DNA of 64,000 nt from an uncultured bacterium (GTDB lineage Bacteria; Patescibacteriota; Minisyncoccia; UBA6257; 2-01-FULL-56-20). The DNA is taken from positions 64,001 through 128,000 of the forward strand of contig CAWJQC010000008.1 in assembly GCA_963844965.1 (NCBI GenBank), in the 5' to 3' direction. The notes beneath the pieces were generated by a model that was given only the letters and a program-made list of their open reading frames with translations, was not told the origin of the DNA and searched no databases. Below are positions 22,714-32,299 of this stretch, piece after piece; within the stretch, counting starts at the first letter, position 1; each line of letters opens with the position of its first letter. A program made the position numbers and the translations under genes.

Positions 22714-25700
22714 TTAAACCTTCCTCACCGCCAGCCAGATTTCTTTGTCTTCAAATTTCGTTGTTTCTTCCGCGTCAAATTTTTCGGATTTTTTATATTC
22801 TATTTCGCGCGCGCCGGTTTCTTTTTTCAGCAACTCCTCCTTCTTGCCCAAGACAAGACGGATTTCCGCAGGGAATACGGCCGACAAAATCATTTCGTCT
22901 TTGGGCTTCAGGCCCGCTCTCTGCCGCAGTTCCTGGACCATGCGCACCACCTCGCGCAAAATCCCCTCTTCGCGCAATTCCGGCGTGATCGCTGCGTCCA
23001 ACTCAATCTCGCCCTTCATCTTTGAGTCCACAACAACTTCCTTGACATTCACCTCTTCCGCCAAAACCGCAAGTAAATCTTTGTTTGTTTTTAATTTTTG
23101 ATTCTTAATTTTTAATTTTTGCAATGGCTGGCGGACCTTGATTCCCGCCTCCGCCCGCTTTGCAAGTCCCAAGCTCGCGAGCCGCCGCACCTCGGCCATA
23201 GCCTTCAACAATTTTGAATTTTCAATTTTCAATTTTGCACTGGCAGGCCAATCGTGCAGGTGCACGGAATTTTTATAACCGAAGCTTTCGTGTAAATATT
23301 CCGCAAAGAACGGCATGAACGGTGCGGTCAACTTGGTTGTTTCACGCAAAACAAATCCCAATGTCGCCGAAGCCACCTTGAAATCCGCCTGACTTTGGGG
23401 CTTTTGCAGTCGCCTCCGCGAACGTCTTATATACCAGCGCGACAGGTCATCAACGAATTTTTCTATCGAAAGCGCCGCCTCGCGAATTTCATATCTGTCA
23501 AGATTTTTCGTTACACTAGCGACGGTTTGGTTGAGGCGCACAAGGATCCAATTATCCAAAACGTTTTTACTCGCCGTCGGCAGCTTTCCAACTTTAGCCG
23601 CTGACTCCGCATACGTCCGATAGAATACGAATGAATTCCAAAGAAGGAGGTGGAAGCGGCGATATGCCTTAAGAATTTCTGCCTCGTCAAAACTTTTCGG
23701 CTCGCCCAGGGGGGTTACGGTATAAAAATACCAACGCACCGCATCGATTCCGTATTTCCGTATTACTTCCCAAGGATCAACCACATTACCCCTGGATTTA
23801 GCCATTTTCTGCCCGTTCTTGTCGTTTATAAGCCCGAGCGATACAACATTCTTATATGGCGATTCGTGCCCCAAGGCGGTCGCGATGGCAAGCAACGTGT
23901 AAAACCAGCCGCGCGTCTGGTCCATCCCTTCGGCGATGTAATCGGCTGGATAATCCAAACCACGAGGCACGTATCCCACAACACGACCAACTTTTGTGTT
24001 GCGTGTCACGTGCTTTGTGCTTTGTGCGAACGGATAGTGAGCCTGAGCGAACGGCATCGCCCCCGAGTCGTACCACACGTCGGCAACTTCCTTCACCCGT
24101 GAAATTCTCTTGCCGCATCTGGGGCATTTTATGGAAATCATGTCGGCGTAGGGGCGGTGCAGGTCAACCTCGCCGGTGTCGTTCCTCGGAATTATCTTCA
24201 GTTCCAATTTGTGGCACTCCGCAGGCGCGACGAAATCGCTTCCACGGCTCACTTTTTCCACGACCGCTTTCTTTTCGCTCCAGCCAAGCGCTACCTGGTT
24301 CAGCATCCAAACCGGATATTCGTGCGTTACTAAAAGTATGTTCCTGCCCTTGTACTTTTTTTCCAGGTCCCGCAGCAGATCCCAGAGGCGCACGCGGAGA
24401 TCACGCAACGATTCGCCCCCTTCCGGCCCTTTTTCAAATCTTTCCGCATGCGTAGGGAAAAGTTCCCTGTACCTACCTTCGGGCTGCCCCTCCAGTACAC
24501 CCATATTTATCTCATGGAGCCGCCTGTCAAAAATAATCTTCTCCACACCAAGCGTCCGCGCGACAATCCTTGCGGTTTCTTGCGTTCTCAGAATATCGGA
24601 GGCGATAACCAAATTCATTTTATTTCCGGTCTCCTCAAGCGCATCCTTAAGTTTTTTGGCCGATTCTTCAGCCTCACTCTTGCCTTGCGGCGTAAGGTGA
24701 TACTCGCCCCGACCGCTGTCTATCACGTGAGCAAGAAGCGTCTCGGAAAATCCGTGGCGCATCACCCAATAATTATTTTTCGGGCCGCCGGCCAACCGAT
24801 CCAGTTCATCCAAACCGCCCACGACTTCCACATTCCCGCAACTTTTGCATTCCCAGATCGGCAACGGCGTTCCCCAATAACGCTCGCGGGAAAGATTCCA
24901 GTCCTTAACTTCTCTCAGCCACTCGCCGAAGCGACCGTCTTTTAGATGCTCCGGAACCCAGTTGATTTTTTTATTGTTTGCGAGGAGTTTATCGCGCAAC
25001 TTGCCCATGGCGATGAACCAAGAACTGCGCGCGTAATAAAGCACCGGCGTTTCGCAGCGCCAGCAATAAGGATATTCGTGCGTGTAATTTTCTATTTTGA
25101 AAAGATTGCCGTTCTTGCGGAGATGTTCAAAAATTTTCTCGTCTGTTTCTTCGGTTTTGACTGGCAAGCCACCAAGTTCCGGCACGTCGCGCGTGAATTT
25201 TCCTTCCTCATCAACAGTGTGCTTCTGCGGCAAGCCCACCTTAACGCCCAACCGGTAATCGTCTTCGCCGTACATAACGGCGGTATGCACAACGCCAGTT
25301 CCCTCGTCGGTCGCCACGAAATCCGCGGCGTAAACTTTATACGCGGCGGGGGTGCGGAGCGGCTTTATTTCAAACAGCGGCTTATAGTTCAGGCCAACCA
25401 GATCTTTGCCGCTCAGAACCTCACGCACGTCGGACTCCGTCCCGAACGGATTACCCTCTTTTTTGATTATCTCCTCGGCGACAATCCAGCGCTCAATTTT
25501 GCCGCCAACCATTTTCTTCACCAAGGCGTAATTTATTTTCTCCCCGACCGCCAGTGCAACGTTTCCCGGCAACGTCCATGGCGTCGTCGTCCATGACAAA
25601 ATATAGGTATCTTCGTCCGTGTGAATATCCTCGCCGATTCTCTGTCCGCGCTTTAATCTGAATTTAAGATAAACCGACTGCTCCGTTGTTTCTTTGTAGC

Positions 25701-26277
25701 CCATGGCAAGTTCGTGCGAAGAAAGTGCCGTGCCACATCTCGAGCACCAAGGAACAACTTTGTGGCCCTTGTACAAAAGCCGGCGCTTCGCGATCTGCGC
25801 AATCGTCCACCACAACGTTTCAATATATTCCGGATCGTAGGTAACGTAAGCGTCTCTAAGGTCAAGCCAGTAACCGATGCGGCGCGTCATTTCTTCCCAC
25901 TCATCCTTATGAAGCCAAACCTGCTCCTTCGCTTTTTTATTGAAAGCCGCGATGCCGAATTTTTCTATGTCTTTTTTGGATTTCAAGCCGAGCGCTTTTT
26001 CGGTGGCCATCTCCACCGGCAAGCCGTGTGTGTCCCAGCCGGCGCGGCGCGGCACAAAATAGCCGCGCATGGATTTGTAGCGCAAAATGATGTCCTTAAC
26101 TATCCGCGCGAGAATATGATGAATTCCCGGCTTGCCGTTCGCATAAGGAGGGCCTTCGTAAAACACGAATTTCCGCTTGCCACGCCGCTCGGCAAGCGTC
26201 TTTTCAAAAACATGATTTTCTTCCCAAAATTTCAGGACTTTCTCTTCTATTTTCGGGAGGTTGAATTCTTCGGGCAT
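22714..26277 (-). CDS. ileS: Isoleucine--tRNA ligase (type 2) carrying a ~200-aa histidine-phosphatase-like insertion
   Basis: PYANGKPGIHHILARIVKDI (HIGH region), the CP1 editing domain and KMAKSRGN are present. The true start is MPEEFNLPK at 26277. An extra segment NNYWVMRHGFSE...ILLVTHEYPVWM is inserted between WGTPLPIW and DLHRPYADM. Confidence 0.9.
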   Translation of the reverse strand: MPEEFNLPKIEEKVLKFWEENHVFEKTLAERRGKRKFVFYEGPPYANGKPGIHHILARIVKDIILRYKSMRGYFVPRRAGWDTHGLPVEMATEKALGLKSKKDIEKFGIAAFNKKAKEQVWLHKDEWEEMTRRIGYWLDLRDAYVTYDPEYIETLWWTIAQIAKRRLLYKGHKVVPWCSRCGTALSSHELAMGYKETTEQSVYLKFRLKRGQRIGEDIHTDEDTYILSWTTTPWTLPGNVALAVGEKINYALVKKMVGGKIERWIVAEEIIKKEGNPFGTESDVREVLSGKDLVGLNYKPLFEIKPLRTPAAYKVYAADFVATDEGTGVVHTAVMYGEDDYRLGVKVGLPQKHTVDEEGKFTRDVPELGGLPVKTEETDEKIFEHLRKNGNLFKIENYTHEYPYCWRCETPVLYYARSSWFIAMGKLRDKLLANNKKINWVPEHLKDGRFGEWLREVKDWNLSRERYWGTPLPIWECKSCGNVEVVGGLDELDRLAGGPKNNYWVMRHGFSETLLAHVIDSGRGEYHLTPQGKSEAEESAKKLKDALEETGNKMNLVIASDILRTQETARIVARTLGVEKIIFDRRLHEINMGVLEGQPEGRYRELFPTHAERFEKGPEGGESLRDLRVRLWDLLRDLEKKYKGRNILLVTHEYPVWMLNQVALGWSEKKAVVEKVSRGSDFVAPAECHKLELKIIPRNDTGEVDLHRPYADMISIKCPRCGKRISRVKEVADVWYDSGAMPFAQAHYPFAQSTKHVTRNTKVGRVVGYVPRGLDYPADYIAEGMDQTRGWFYTLLAIATALGHESPYKNVVSLGLINDKNGQKMAKSRGNVVDPWEVIRKYGIDAVRWYFYTVTPLGEPKSFDEAEILKAYRRFHLLLWNSFVFYRTYAESAAKVGKLPTASKNVLDNWILVRLNQTVASVTKNLDRYEIREAALSIEKFVDDLSRWYIRRSRRRLQKPQSQADFKVASATLGFVLRETTKLTAPFMPFFAEYLHESFGYKNSVHLHDWPASAKLKIENSKLLKAMAEVRRLASLGLAKRAEAGIKVRQPLQKLKIKNQKLKTNKDLLAVLAEEVNVKEVVVDSKMKGEIELDAAITPELREEGILREVVRMVQELRQRAGLKPKDEMILSAVFPAEIRLVLGKKEELLKKETGAREIEYKKSEKFDAEETTKFEDKEIWLAVRKV
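24166..24777 (-). other. Histidine phosphatase (PGAM-like, RHG motif) domain inserted within ileS
   Basis: The RHG catalytic motif (VMRHGFSE) and the distal His (LLVTHEYP) are spaced as in histidine phosphatase superfamily branch 1. The segment is in frame inside the IleS catalytic core. Confidence 0.55.
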
Positions 26278-26452
26278 TAGATTAAAAATATCAAATTTTT
26301 GACACATTTCCAAGCGAAAAATCCGCCAAGCATTTCCACGTACCGGACGGGACGGTCGCAGAGACGACAACACACGATTGACGTCTTTGTGCATATTTGA
26401 TAGTCTGAACCACAGAAACGTTGACAAAAATCTACCGAGATGGAGGTGTTAT

Positions 26453-27220
26453 GTGCCGAAAAACAACGTTATAAATCTAGAAAGCGGGGTGGAAAGCATT
26501 ACCCTCGTCGGTCTAATCAAAAAAGCTGCCCGCCTTAAAGGACTGGTTTATTGGGACGGCTGCGAACGCGCTTGTTCGAAACCGATTGCGACTTATGCCC
26601 TGGACAACGAAACGCTTGCTTTCCTTGCGAAGCACGGGGTTAAACAAAATCCCCGACCGGACGGAATTTTTACCTTATCCGACACGACAGAGCGGCCTGA
26701 ACCTCGTGGCGACACGGTAGAAACGGCATTTTGGAATTTCCGGCGCCGCAAAGATCGCAAAGATGAAAAAATAGACGAGCTCGAAATCGCTCTCTCCGTC
26801 GGATTTGGTATCACGATGGAAAAGAGGGGGATTATTCTACTTCCGCAGGCATATGGGACATTTCTCTCGCCCGGCTATAATGGCGCGCATCGCCACATGT
26901 TCAAGTTGCTTGTGGAATACCACCAAGACGCTCCAGCGGTAGCTCAGGAAATTGCCGCGAGCGACGACACCTTCGTTGTCGGATTCACCGAATTGGGGCT
27001 CGGCGGCATTCGCAGGCTCTCCGATCTTTTCGAAGAATTCGCGAGGGGGAACCATACGATCAAACAACTCGCCAACCATCAGGAGGTTTTTAATCCGATG
27101 CCGTATCCTTATTACCAGAATCCAGGCGATGAACTTTTTATTATTGAGCCGGCGCAGCCGAAGGTAATCGGAGTGTGGCGGGCGCAATTAACAGAGTATC
27201 GCTCAAATCTCGTCGCCTAA
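26453..27220 (+). CDS. Hypothetical protein (GTG start 6 nt after GGAGGTG)
   Basis: The 255-aa ORF has no recognisable motif. It is followed by a strong terminator. It lies between the real ileS start and a duplicated argS-end fragment. Confidence 0.4.
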   Translation: MPKNNVINLESGVESITLVGLIKKAARLKGLVYWDGCERACSKPIATYALDNETLAFLAKHGVKQNPRPDGIFTLSDTTERPEPRGDTVETAFWNFRRRKDRKDEKIDELEIALSVGFGITMEKRGIILLPQAYGTFLSPGYNGAHRHMFKLLVEYHQDAPAVAQEIAASDDTFVVGFTELGLGGIRRLSDLFEEFARGNHTIKQLANHQEVFNPMPYPYYQNPGDELFIIEPAQPKVIGVWRAQLTEYRSNLVA

Positions 27221-27242
27221 CAAGCAAAAATGTTCAGCCCAA

Positions 27243-27280
27243 ACCGCGGGGTCTGCCTAAACCTCGCGGCTTTTTATTGA
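27243..27280 (+). terminator. Rho-independent terminator
   Basis: ccgcggggtctgcctaaacctcgcgg followed by ctttttatt. Confidence 0.6.
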
Positions 27281-27304
27281 TTCGGTGCCGAGTATTTCAA
27301 TTTC

Positions 27305-27399
27305 TCAAATCTCCTCCAGCACCTTGATTCCCAAAAGGCCGAGCTCTTTTCAAAACCATTCTCGTCCCAAAATTTCGGCAGATTGAATTCCTCAGGCAT
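27305..27399 (-). repeat. Duplicated aaRS junction: copy of the argS 3' end (27305-27343) fused to a copy of the ileS 5' end (27351-27399)
   Basis: On the minus strand it reads ATG-PEEFNLPKFWDENGFEKS-SALLGIKVLEEI*. The first half matches the ileS start (MPEEFNLPKIEEKVLKFWEEN) with a small deletion. The last 13 codons match the argS C-terminus (GLGLLGIKVLEEI) with one synonymous change. Confidence 0.7.
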
Positions 27400-27479
27400 T
27401 ATGAAAATTTTACTATTTTTTCTTTCTACTTACAAAACCCGGAATAAAAAAGGGCCGCACTTGGCGGCCGAGAAACGAT

Positions 27480-27890
27480 TCACTCCTTTTCTTTCTTCCC
27501 CTTCGGATGCGTGGATAAATAAGATCTCTTTTCAATGGTCCCTACATACTTAAGAGGAATGAGGTTGTTTTTACCTCCGTTTCTGTTCTTTCCATTCCCG
27601 TTTCCATTCTCATCTTCCAAAGAAAGACGCACATACTCCTCACCCGCTTCGTCCACGAATATGTCAACAAGGCAATTCCCCTCCAAGAGCAGGGTGAAAA
27701 AAGATCTTTTGGATATTCCTTGCGGCGTTTCAAGGGTCAACCCGCTACAAAATTTCCCATCCACCACTCGCTCGCCAACCCTGCAAGACCCGTTTGGCAT
27801 CATCTCAATCTTGCAATCCAAATTTACGCGAAAATAGATTAGCCATCTGTAGGTTCTCTCTACAAGAACCTTCTTTTCTTTAGCGTCCAT
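27480..27890 (-). CDS. Hypothetical protein with Asn/Gly-rich segment
   Basis: The 136-aa ORF contains ENGNGNGKNRNGGKNN. It lies between the duplicated ileS start and the real argS end. Confidence 0.3.
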   Translation of the reverse strand: MDAKEKKVLVERTYRWLIYFRVNLDCKIEMMPNGSCRVGERVVDGKFCSGLTLETPQGISKRSFFTLLLEGNCLVDIFVDEAGEEYVRLSLEDENGNGNGKNRNGGKNNLIPLKYVGTIEKRSYLSTHPKGKKEKE

Positions 27891-27947
27891 GAACCCCCCC
27901 TCTAAGGCAATAGCTTAGAAGAGTTTATCAAGCAATAATTTGCCCTG

Positions 27948-29672
27948 TCAAATCTCCTCCAGCACTTTGATTCCCAAAAGGCCGAGGCCTTTTTTTAGCA
28001 CGAGCGCCGCTGTTACAACAAGAATCAGAAGCGCATCGCGGCGGTATGCGTTCTCTTCCTTTATGACCGGCGTTGTTTCGTAAAGCCGGTTCGCGAGGAC
28101 GGCGAGCTTGTAGAGATAGGCGGCAAGATTTGACGTCCCTAAGTCCTTCGCGCTCCGCAAAACCTCGTCGGGAAATTCCGTTATTTTCCTTATGAGCCGC
28201 AGTTCCGTTTCGCCGCGGAGCTCGCGCAGGTCAACTTCGCCAATCTCTCCGGCTTTCTTTTTAATGCTCATAAGGCGCGCGTAAGTATATTGGAGATATG
28301 GCGCGCTGTCGCCCGTCAAGTCCAGCATTTTTTTCCAGTCAAAAACGATATCCGTCATGCGGTTTTCTTTGAGGTCGTTGTACTTCAGGGCGCCAACGCC
28401 GACCACTTCCGCGATCTTCCGTTTTTCCTCATCGGACGGGCCCTCGGCGGCTTTTTCATAACGCTTGAGGGATTTCTCGTCCACAACGTCGCGCGCAAGC
28501 GTAATCGCTTTCTCCAAGACGTCCGCAAGTAAAATCGTTTTGCCCTCGCGCGTCGCCAATTTTTTGCCAGCTTCGCCGAGAACCAAGCCGTATTTAACGT
28601 GCATTAACTCGGCCCCGTCCAACCCCACGATCTTCGCTATCGCGAAAAGCTGTTCAAAGTGCAGCGACTGTTCGTTTCCTACGACATACAAAATCTTGGC
28701 CGGCTTGTATTTCGTCAGGCGGTAATTAAGGTTAGCGATGTCGCGCGTGAGATATAGGCTTGCCCCGTCCGACTTCCGCACCAGCGCCGTCGGCAGGTGA
28801 AAACTTTCCAGATTGACGATTAAGGCGCCCGCACTTTCCTGCGCGATGCCCCGCTCCTCCAGATTCTCAAGGAGCGGCTTCAAATCCTTCTCAAAAAAGC
28901 TCTCGCCGATCCACTCGTCAAATTCAATTCCAAGGACTTTATACGTCTTCTTGAGCTCCTTTATGGATTCTTCCCGGAACAGTTCCCACAATTTCCTGTT
29001 TTCATTGTCGCCCTCCTCAAGTTTCTTGAATTCTTCCTGCCCGCGTTTTTCCAGATCCAAATTATTTCCCAGTTCTTCGTGAAAACGGACATAAAGTTTT
29101 TGCAATTCCTCAATCGGCCTTGTTCCCATCGCTCTCGCATCGCCCCACAATTTATAGGCGGCGATGATCTTGCCGAACTGCGTGCCCCAATCGCCCAGGT
29201 AGTTCCAGCGGACAACTTTGTAGCCCAAAAATTCAAAAATATTAGCGAGAGCGTCGCCGATGATCGTCGTCCTCAAATGCCCCACGTGCATTAGCTTCGC
29301 GATATTCGGCTGCGAATATTCCGCGATAACCGTTTTCCATCCACCAATGGAACTTCTGCCGAACCTCTCAGCGTTCTCGTGGATGCTTCCGAGCTCGTCC
29401 TGAAGCGCCTCGTTGCTTATCCAAAAATTCACGAACCCCGGCGGTGCCGTATCTGTTCTCTCAAAAAATCCCCGCGGTGCGCCGTTCCAAACGTTAATGG
29501 CGATTTCCCTAGCCAAATCAATTGCATTCCTGCCGTTTTTTTTCGCGAGCCGCAGAGCCAAATTAGTGGAATAGTGGCCAAATTCTTCCCTCTCCGGGAC
29601 AAAAACGTCAATAACCTCGGCGTCGGTGCCGGCAACCGCTCCTTTTATAATTTCCACGATTTTTTCCTTCAT
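27948..29672 (-). CDS. argS: Arginine--tRNA ligase
   Basis: The class I signature is PNIAKLMHVGHLRTTIIGDALANI. The anticodon-binding C-terminal domain is present. Confidence 0.9.
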   Translation of the reverse strand: MKEKIVEIIKGAVAGTDAEVIDVFVPEREEFGHYSTNLALRLAKKNGRNAIDLAREIAINVWNGAPRGFFERTDTAPPGFVNFWISNEALQDELGSIHENAERFGRSSIGGWKTVIAEYSQPNIAKLMHVGHLRTTIIGDALANIFEFLGYKVVRWNYLGDWGTQFGKIIAAYKLWGDARAMGTRPIEELQKLYVRFHEELGNNLDLEKRGQEEFKKLEEGDNENRKLWELFREESIKELKKTYKVLGIEFDEWIGESFFEKDLKPLLENLEERGIAQESAGALIVNLESFHLPTALVRKSDGASLYLTRDIANLNYRLTKYKPAKILYVVGNEQSLHFEQLFAIAKIVGLDGAELMHVKYGLVLGEAGKKLATREGKTILLADVLEKAITLARDVVDEKSLKRYEKAAEGPSDEEKRKIAEVVGVGALKYNDLKENRMTDIVFDWKKMLDLTGDSAPYLQYTYARLMSIKKKAGEIGEVDLRELRGETELRLIRKITEFPDEVLRSAKDLGTSNLAAYLYKLAVLANRLYETTPVIKEENAYRRDALLILVVTAALVLKKGLGLLGIKVLEEI

Positions 29673-29783
29673 TTCCGGTCAATCCAACTCATTACAATAC
29701 TTATTCTAACCGACAACCGCCAAAAAAAACACCACCGACAGGACGGCCTAGAACAGCGCCGTCCCTGCCACGGCACGGACAAA

Positions 29784-30581
29784 CTATATTTTCACGGCGA
29801 CCAATGCCCTTTCCCTAAAAAATTCGTCGTTATTTTTATTAGCTTTCTGCAGCAGCGTCATAGCGGCATAAATTTTTTTCTTATCAAACGAGAAAAGTGC
29901 CTTCCGGAATCCGAGGTCGGACAAATACATCTCAAACCCGTCGGTCGCGAGCAGATAGACGGCATTTTTTCTCAAGTTCGCTTTTCCATAGCGAACGTAA
30001 ATTTCGGCCGCCCTCTCGCCCGTGACGACGCCATATCCCTTTTTCTCTCCCCGCGCTCCGACCGCGTTTCTGAAAACCGTGCGCAAAAGGAAGGTTCTAT
30101 CCATCTCGGAGTAGCGGGACAAGTCAAATCCGTGGTGGTGAGTGTGGTCGCGATTCCAAAATAATAACCTTCCATCGGGGCCGATCGCAGCGACGCCGGC
30201 ATCGCAGATATTTCCATATTCAACCCGACGACTGCAAATCCGAAGGAAAGCCGCCGTCGCGGCGTAGTAGCAACTCGCGTTTTGGAAAACGGAATATTTA
30301 TCACGATTTTTATTGAAAATAAACACGCTGCGGTTTGCCTTTCTGAACGCGTTTTTTAACATTCCGCGCCTAGCGTTGCGGACAAACACGTCACAAAATT
30401 TCTGCGCGAGTTTTCCCGCCGGCGACGGACGGGGATATTTCTTCTTGTATTCGATTCCCTTGTATAGGTGAACTCCGTCCGCCACAGCAAAAATTTTATT
30501 CTTGGCGTCAACTACCCAAGCGTCTTCTTTCGGAAGGCGTGGTCGATGAGTATGCGGAAAATAAAGTTGAATAATTTTCAT
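29784..30581 (-). CDS. PPM-type (PP2C/SpoIIE-like) phosphatase, putative
   Basis: Motifs FAVADGV, CDAGVAAIGPDGRLLFW and LLATDGFEMYL resemble PPM metal-binding blocks. The match is weak. Confidence 0.4.
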   Translation of the reverse strand: MKIIQLYFPHTHRPRLPKEDAWVVDAKNKIFAVADGVHLYKGIEYKKKYPRPSPAGKLAQKFCDVFVRNARRGMLKNAFRKANRSVFIFNKNRDKYSVFQNASCYYAATAAFLRICSRRVEYGNICDAGVAAIGPDGRLLFWNRDHTHHHGFDLSRYSEMDRTFLLRTVFRNAVGARGEKKGYGVVTGERAAEIYVRYGKANLRKNAVYLLATDGFEMYLSDLGFRKALFSFDKKKIYAAMTLLQKANKNNDEFFRERALVAVKI

Positions 30582-31213
30582 TTGCGCCGTTTATAAAGAT
30601 AATGTCCCAAAGCCCAGGCTCTCGTGCCAGGAGGCTTAATTTTGGTAATACGTTTCCCATCTTTAAACATTTCTTTCTGGACTATAAATTTTTTACGCAA
30701 CGCCTCTTTCCATGCGCGTGTTGGCCCTTTTCCCCAGTTGAACCAGGGAGTAAGGTCATCAATCACAATCAGAGAATCTTTGTCGCAAAGCAGCCTGAAA
30801 TTAGTGATGTCGGATTTGGCCACTACGTAATCATGTCCGCCGTCTATAAAAACTAAGTCGAAATGAGCATGAGGGTGCTTCTTTTTAAACTGGGATATGG
30901 TTTTTTTAGAGTCCCCATAAATTAACGTGTGTCGTCCGGGAAACTTTCTGTCAACAAATGCCTTGGCGGTTTTTGTATATGGATGATCTCCGGTATCGAA
31001 TGAGATTACCTTGGCGTTGGGTTTTGCCCCTAGGAAGGCATAACTAGAGAAACCAGCATTGAATCCAGTTTCTCCGATAAAGCGCACATTGTATCGCCGC
31101 ACCAATCCTATAAGGTAATTGAGTTCTTGTGGGGAGGTAGACCCCTCTGTTACTACATACCCTTTTTTCTTTAAATAGCCAACGATTTTTTTGATCTCTT
31201 TTTTGATAGACAT
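30578..31213 (-). CDS. Class I SAM-dependent methyltransferase
   Basis: VRFIGETGFNAGFSSYAFL ... LVFIDGGHDY is typical of TylF/MycF-type O-methyltransferases. Confidence 0.55.
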   Translation of the reverse strand: MSIKKEIKKIVGYLKKKGYVVTEGSTSPQELNYLIGLVRRYNVRFIGETGFNAGFSSYAFLGAKPNAKVISFDTGDHPYTKTAKAFVDRKFPGRHTLIYGDSKKTISQFKKKHPHAHFDLVFIDGGHDYVVAKSDITNFRLLCDKDSLIVIDDLTPWFNWGKGPTRAWKEALRKKFIVQKEMFKDGKRITKIKPPGTRAWALGHYLYKRRK

Positions 31214-31216
31214 GTT

Positions 31217-32110
31217 TCAGTCATGAGAAATCTTATCGGGATTTTGTTGGCCACCGTTGTTTAACTTATAGAAATTTTCAAATACTTTGGCGACCAGAAT
31301 CGGGCCGGTGCCGCCCGGAGTGGGAGTGTAAAACGACAATGACGATAATAATGACGAAGACACATCCAGATCGCCGACCAATTTGCCTTTTTCCGCGTCG
31401 GTCTGCGTCAAGTCCGCGTTTGTCTGCGACGGCGCGGGCGCCGTATCATAGCCGAAATCAATCACGCCCGCGCCGGATTTGAGCATTTCCGGTTTTATAA
31501 GGCCGGCTTTTCCGACCCCCGTTATTACAAGGTCCGCGTTTTTGAGCAAAGAAAAATCGCTGCCACGATGCAAAAGATGAAGTCCCTTAACTTTTCTCAT
31601 TAGCCATGTTGAGATCGGTTTCCCCACAAGCGGGCCGAGGCCGACAATGGCAACGGTGGCAGTTGAAAGTTGAAGGTTGAAAGTTGAAAGGATTTTTTCA
31701 ACGACGCCGACAGCCGGCGGCACGACAGGATTCCGGTCAGCGTAGAAGGCACCTAGGGCACGCTCGCCCAAAATGTCAACGTCCTTCTCGCGCGGAATGA
31801 CATTCAAGATGTACTGGGCATTCACGTGTTCCGGCAAAGGCAGCTGCACGATCACTCCGCCGCAGGTTTTGTGTTCGGAAATTTTCTGGACCTCATCGCG
31901 CAATTCGTCGTTTTTGATATCGGGCGGAAATTTATACAAACGGAAATCAACGCCGAGCTCTTTAGCCGCTTTTTCCTTTTGTTTTATGAAACTTGCGGAG
32001 CTCAGATCGTCGCCGACCAAAAATACTGCCAAGAATTTTTTTGGCGCTGTCTGGGACTTCAATTTTGTCAAAATCTCCGAAGCGATTTTTTTACCATCAA
32101 TCACAATCAT
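31217..32110 (-). CDS. folD: Bifunctional methylenetetrahydrofolate dehydrogenase/cyclohydrolase
   Basis: MIVIDGKKIASEILTKLK...GVIVQLPLPEHV...GKAGLIKPEMLKSGAGVIDFG ... TPTPGGTGP. The true start is at 32110. A ~30-aa insertion precedes the C-terminal motif. Confidence 0.85.
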   Translation of the reverse strand: MIVIDGKKIASEILTKLKSQTAPKKFLAVFLVGDDLSSASFIKQKEKAAKELGVDFRLYKFPPDIKNDELRDEVQKISEHKTCGGVIVQLPLPEHVNAQYILNVIPREKDVDILGERALGAFYADRNPVVPPAVGVVEKILSTFNLQLSTATVAIVGLGPLVGKPISTWLMRKVKGLHLLHRGSDFSLLKNADLVITGVGKAGLIKPEMLKSGAGVIDFGYDTAPAPSQTNADLTQTDAEKGKLVGDLDVSSSLLSSLSFYTPTPGGTGPILVAKVFENFYKLNNGGQQNPDKISHD

Positions 32111-32299
32111 CAATTTATTATAACAATAAATAATAGAGGCCGGATCAAGAATCCGGCCCTGGCACCGTGTGGGCTTGTTTGGCCAGACACAACACAACTC
32201 TATCCAAAAGCATCTTAGCTTTCGGTTCTTTCCCCTTCTTTGACTGGAAATCCGTTGAGTAAAGATTGAGAAAATTGCCAGGCCAGCCGTCAATGCAAA

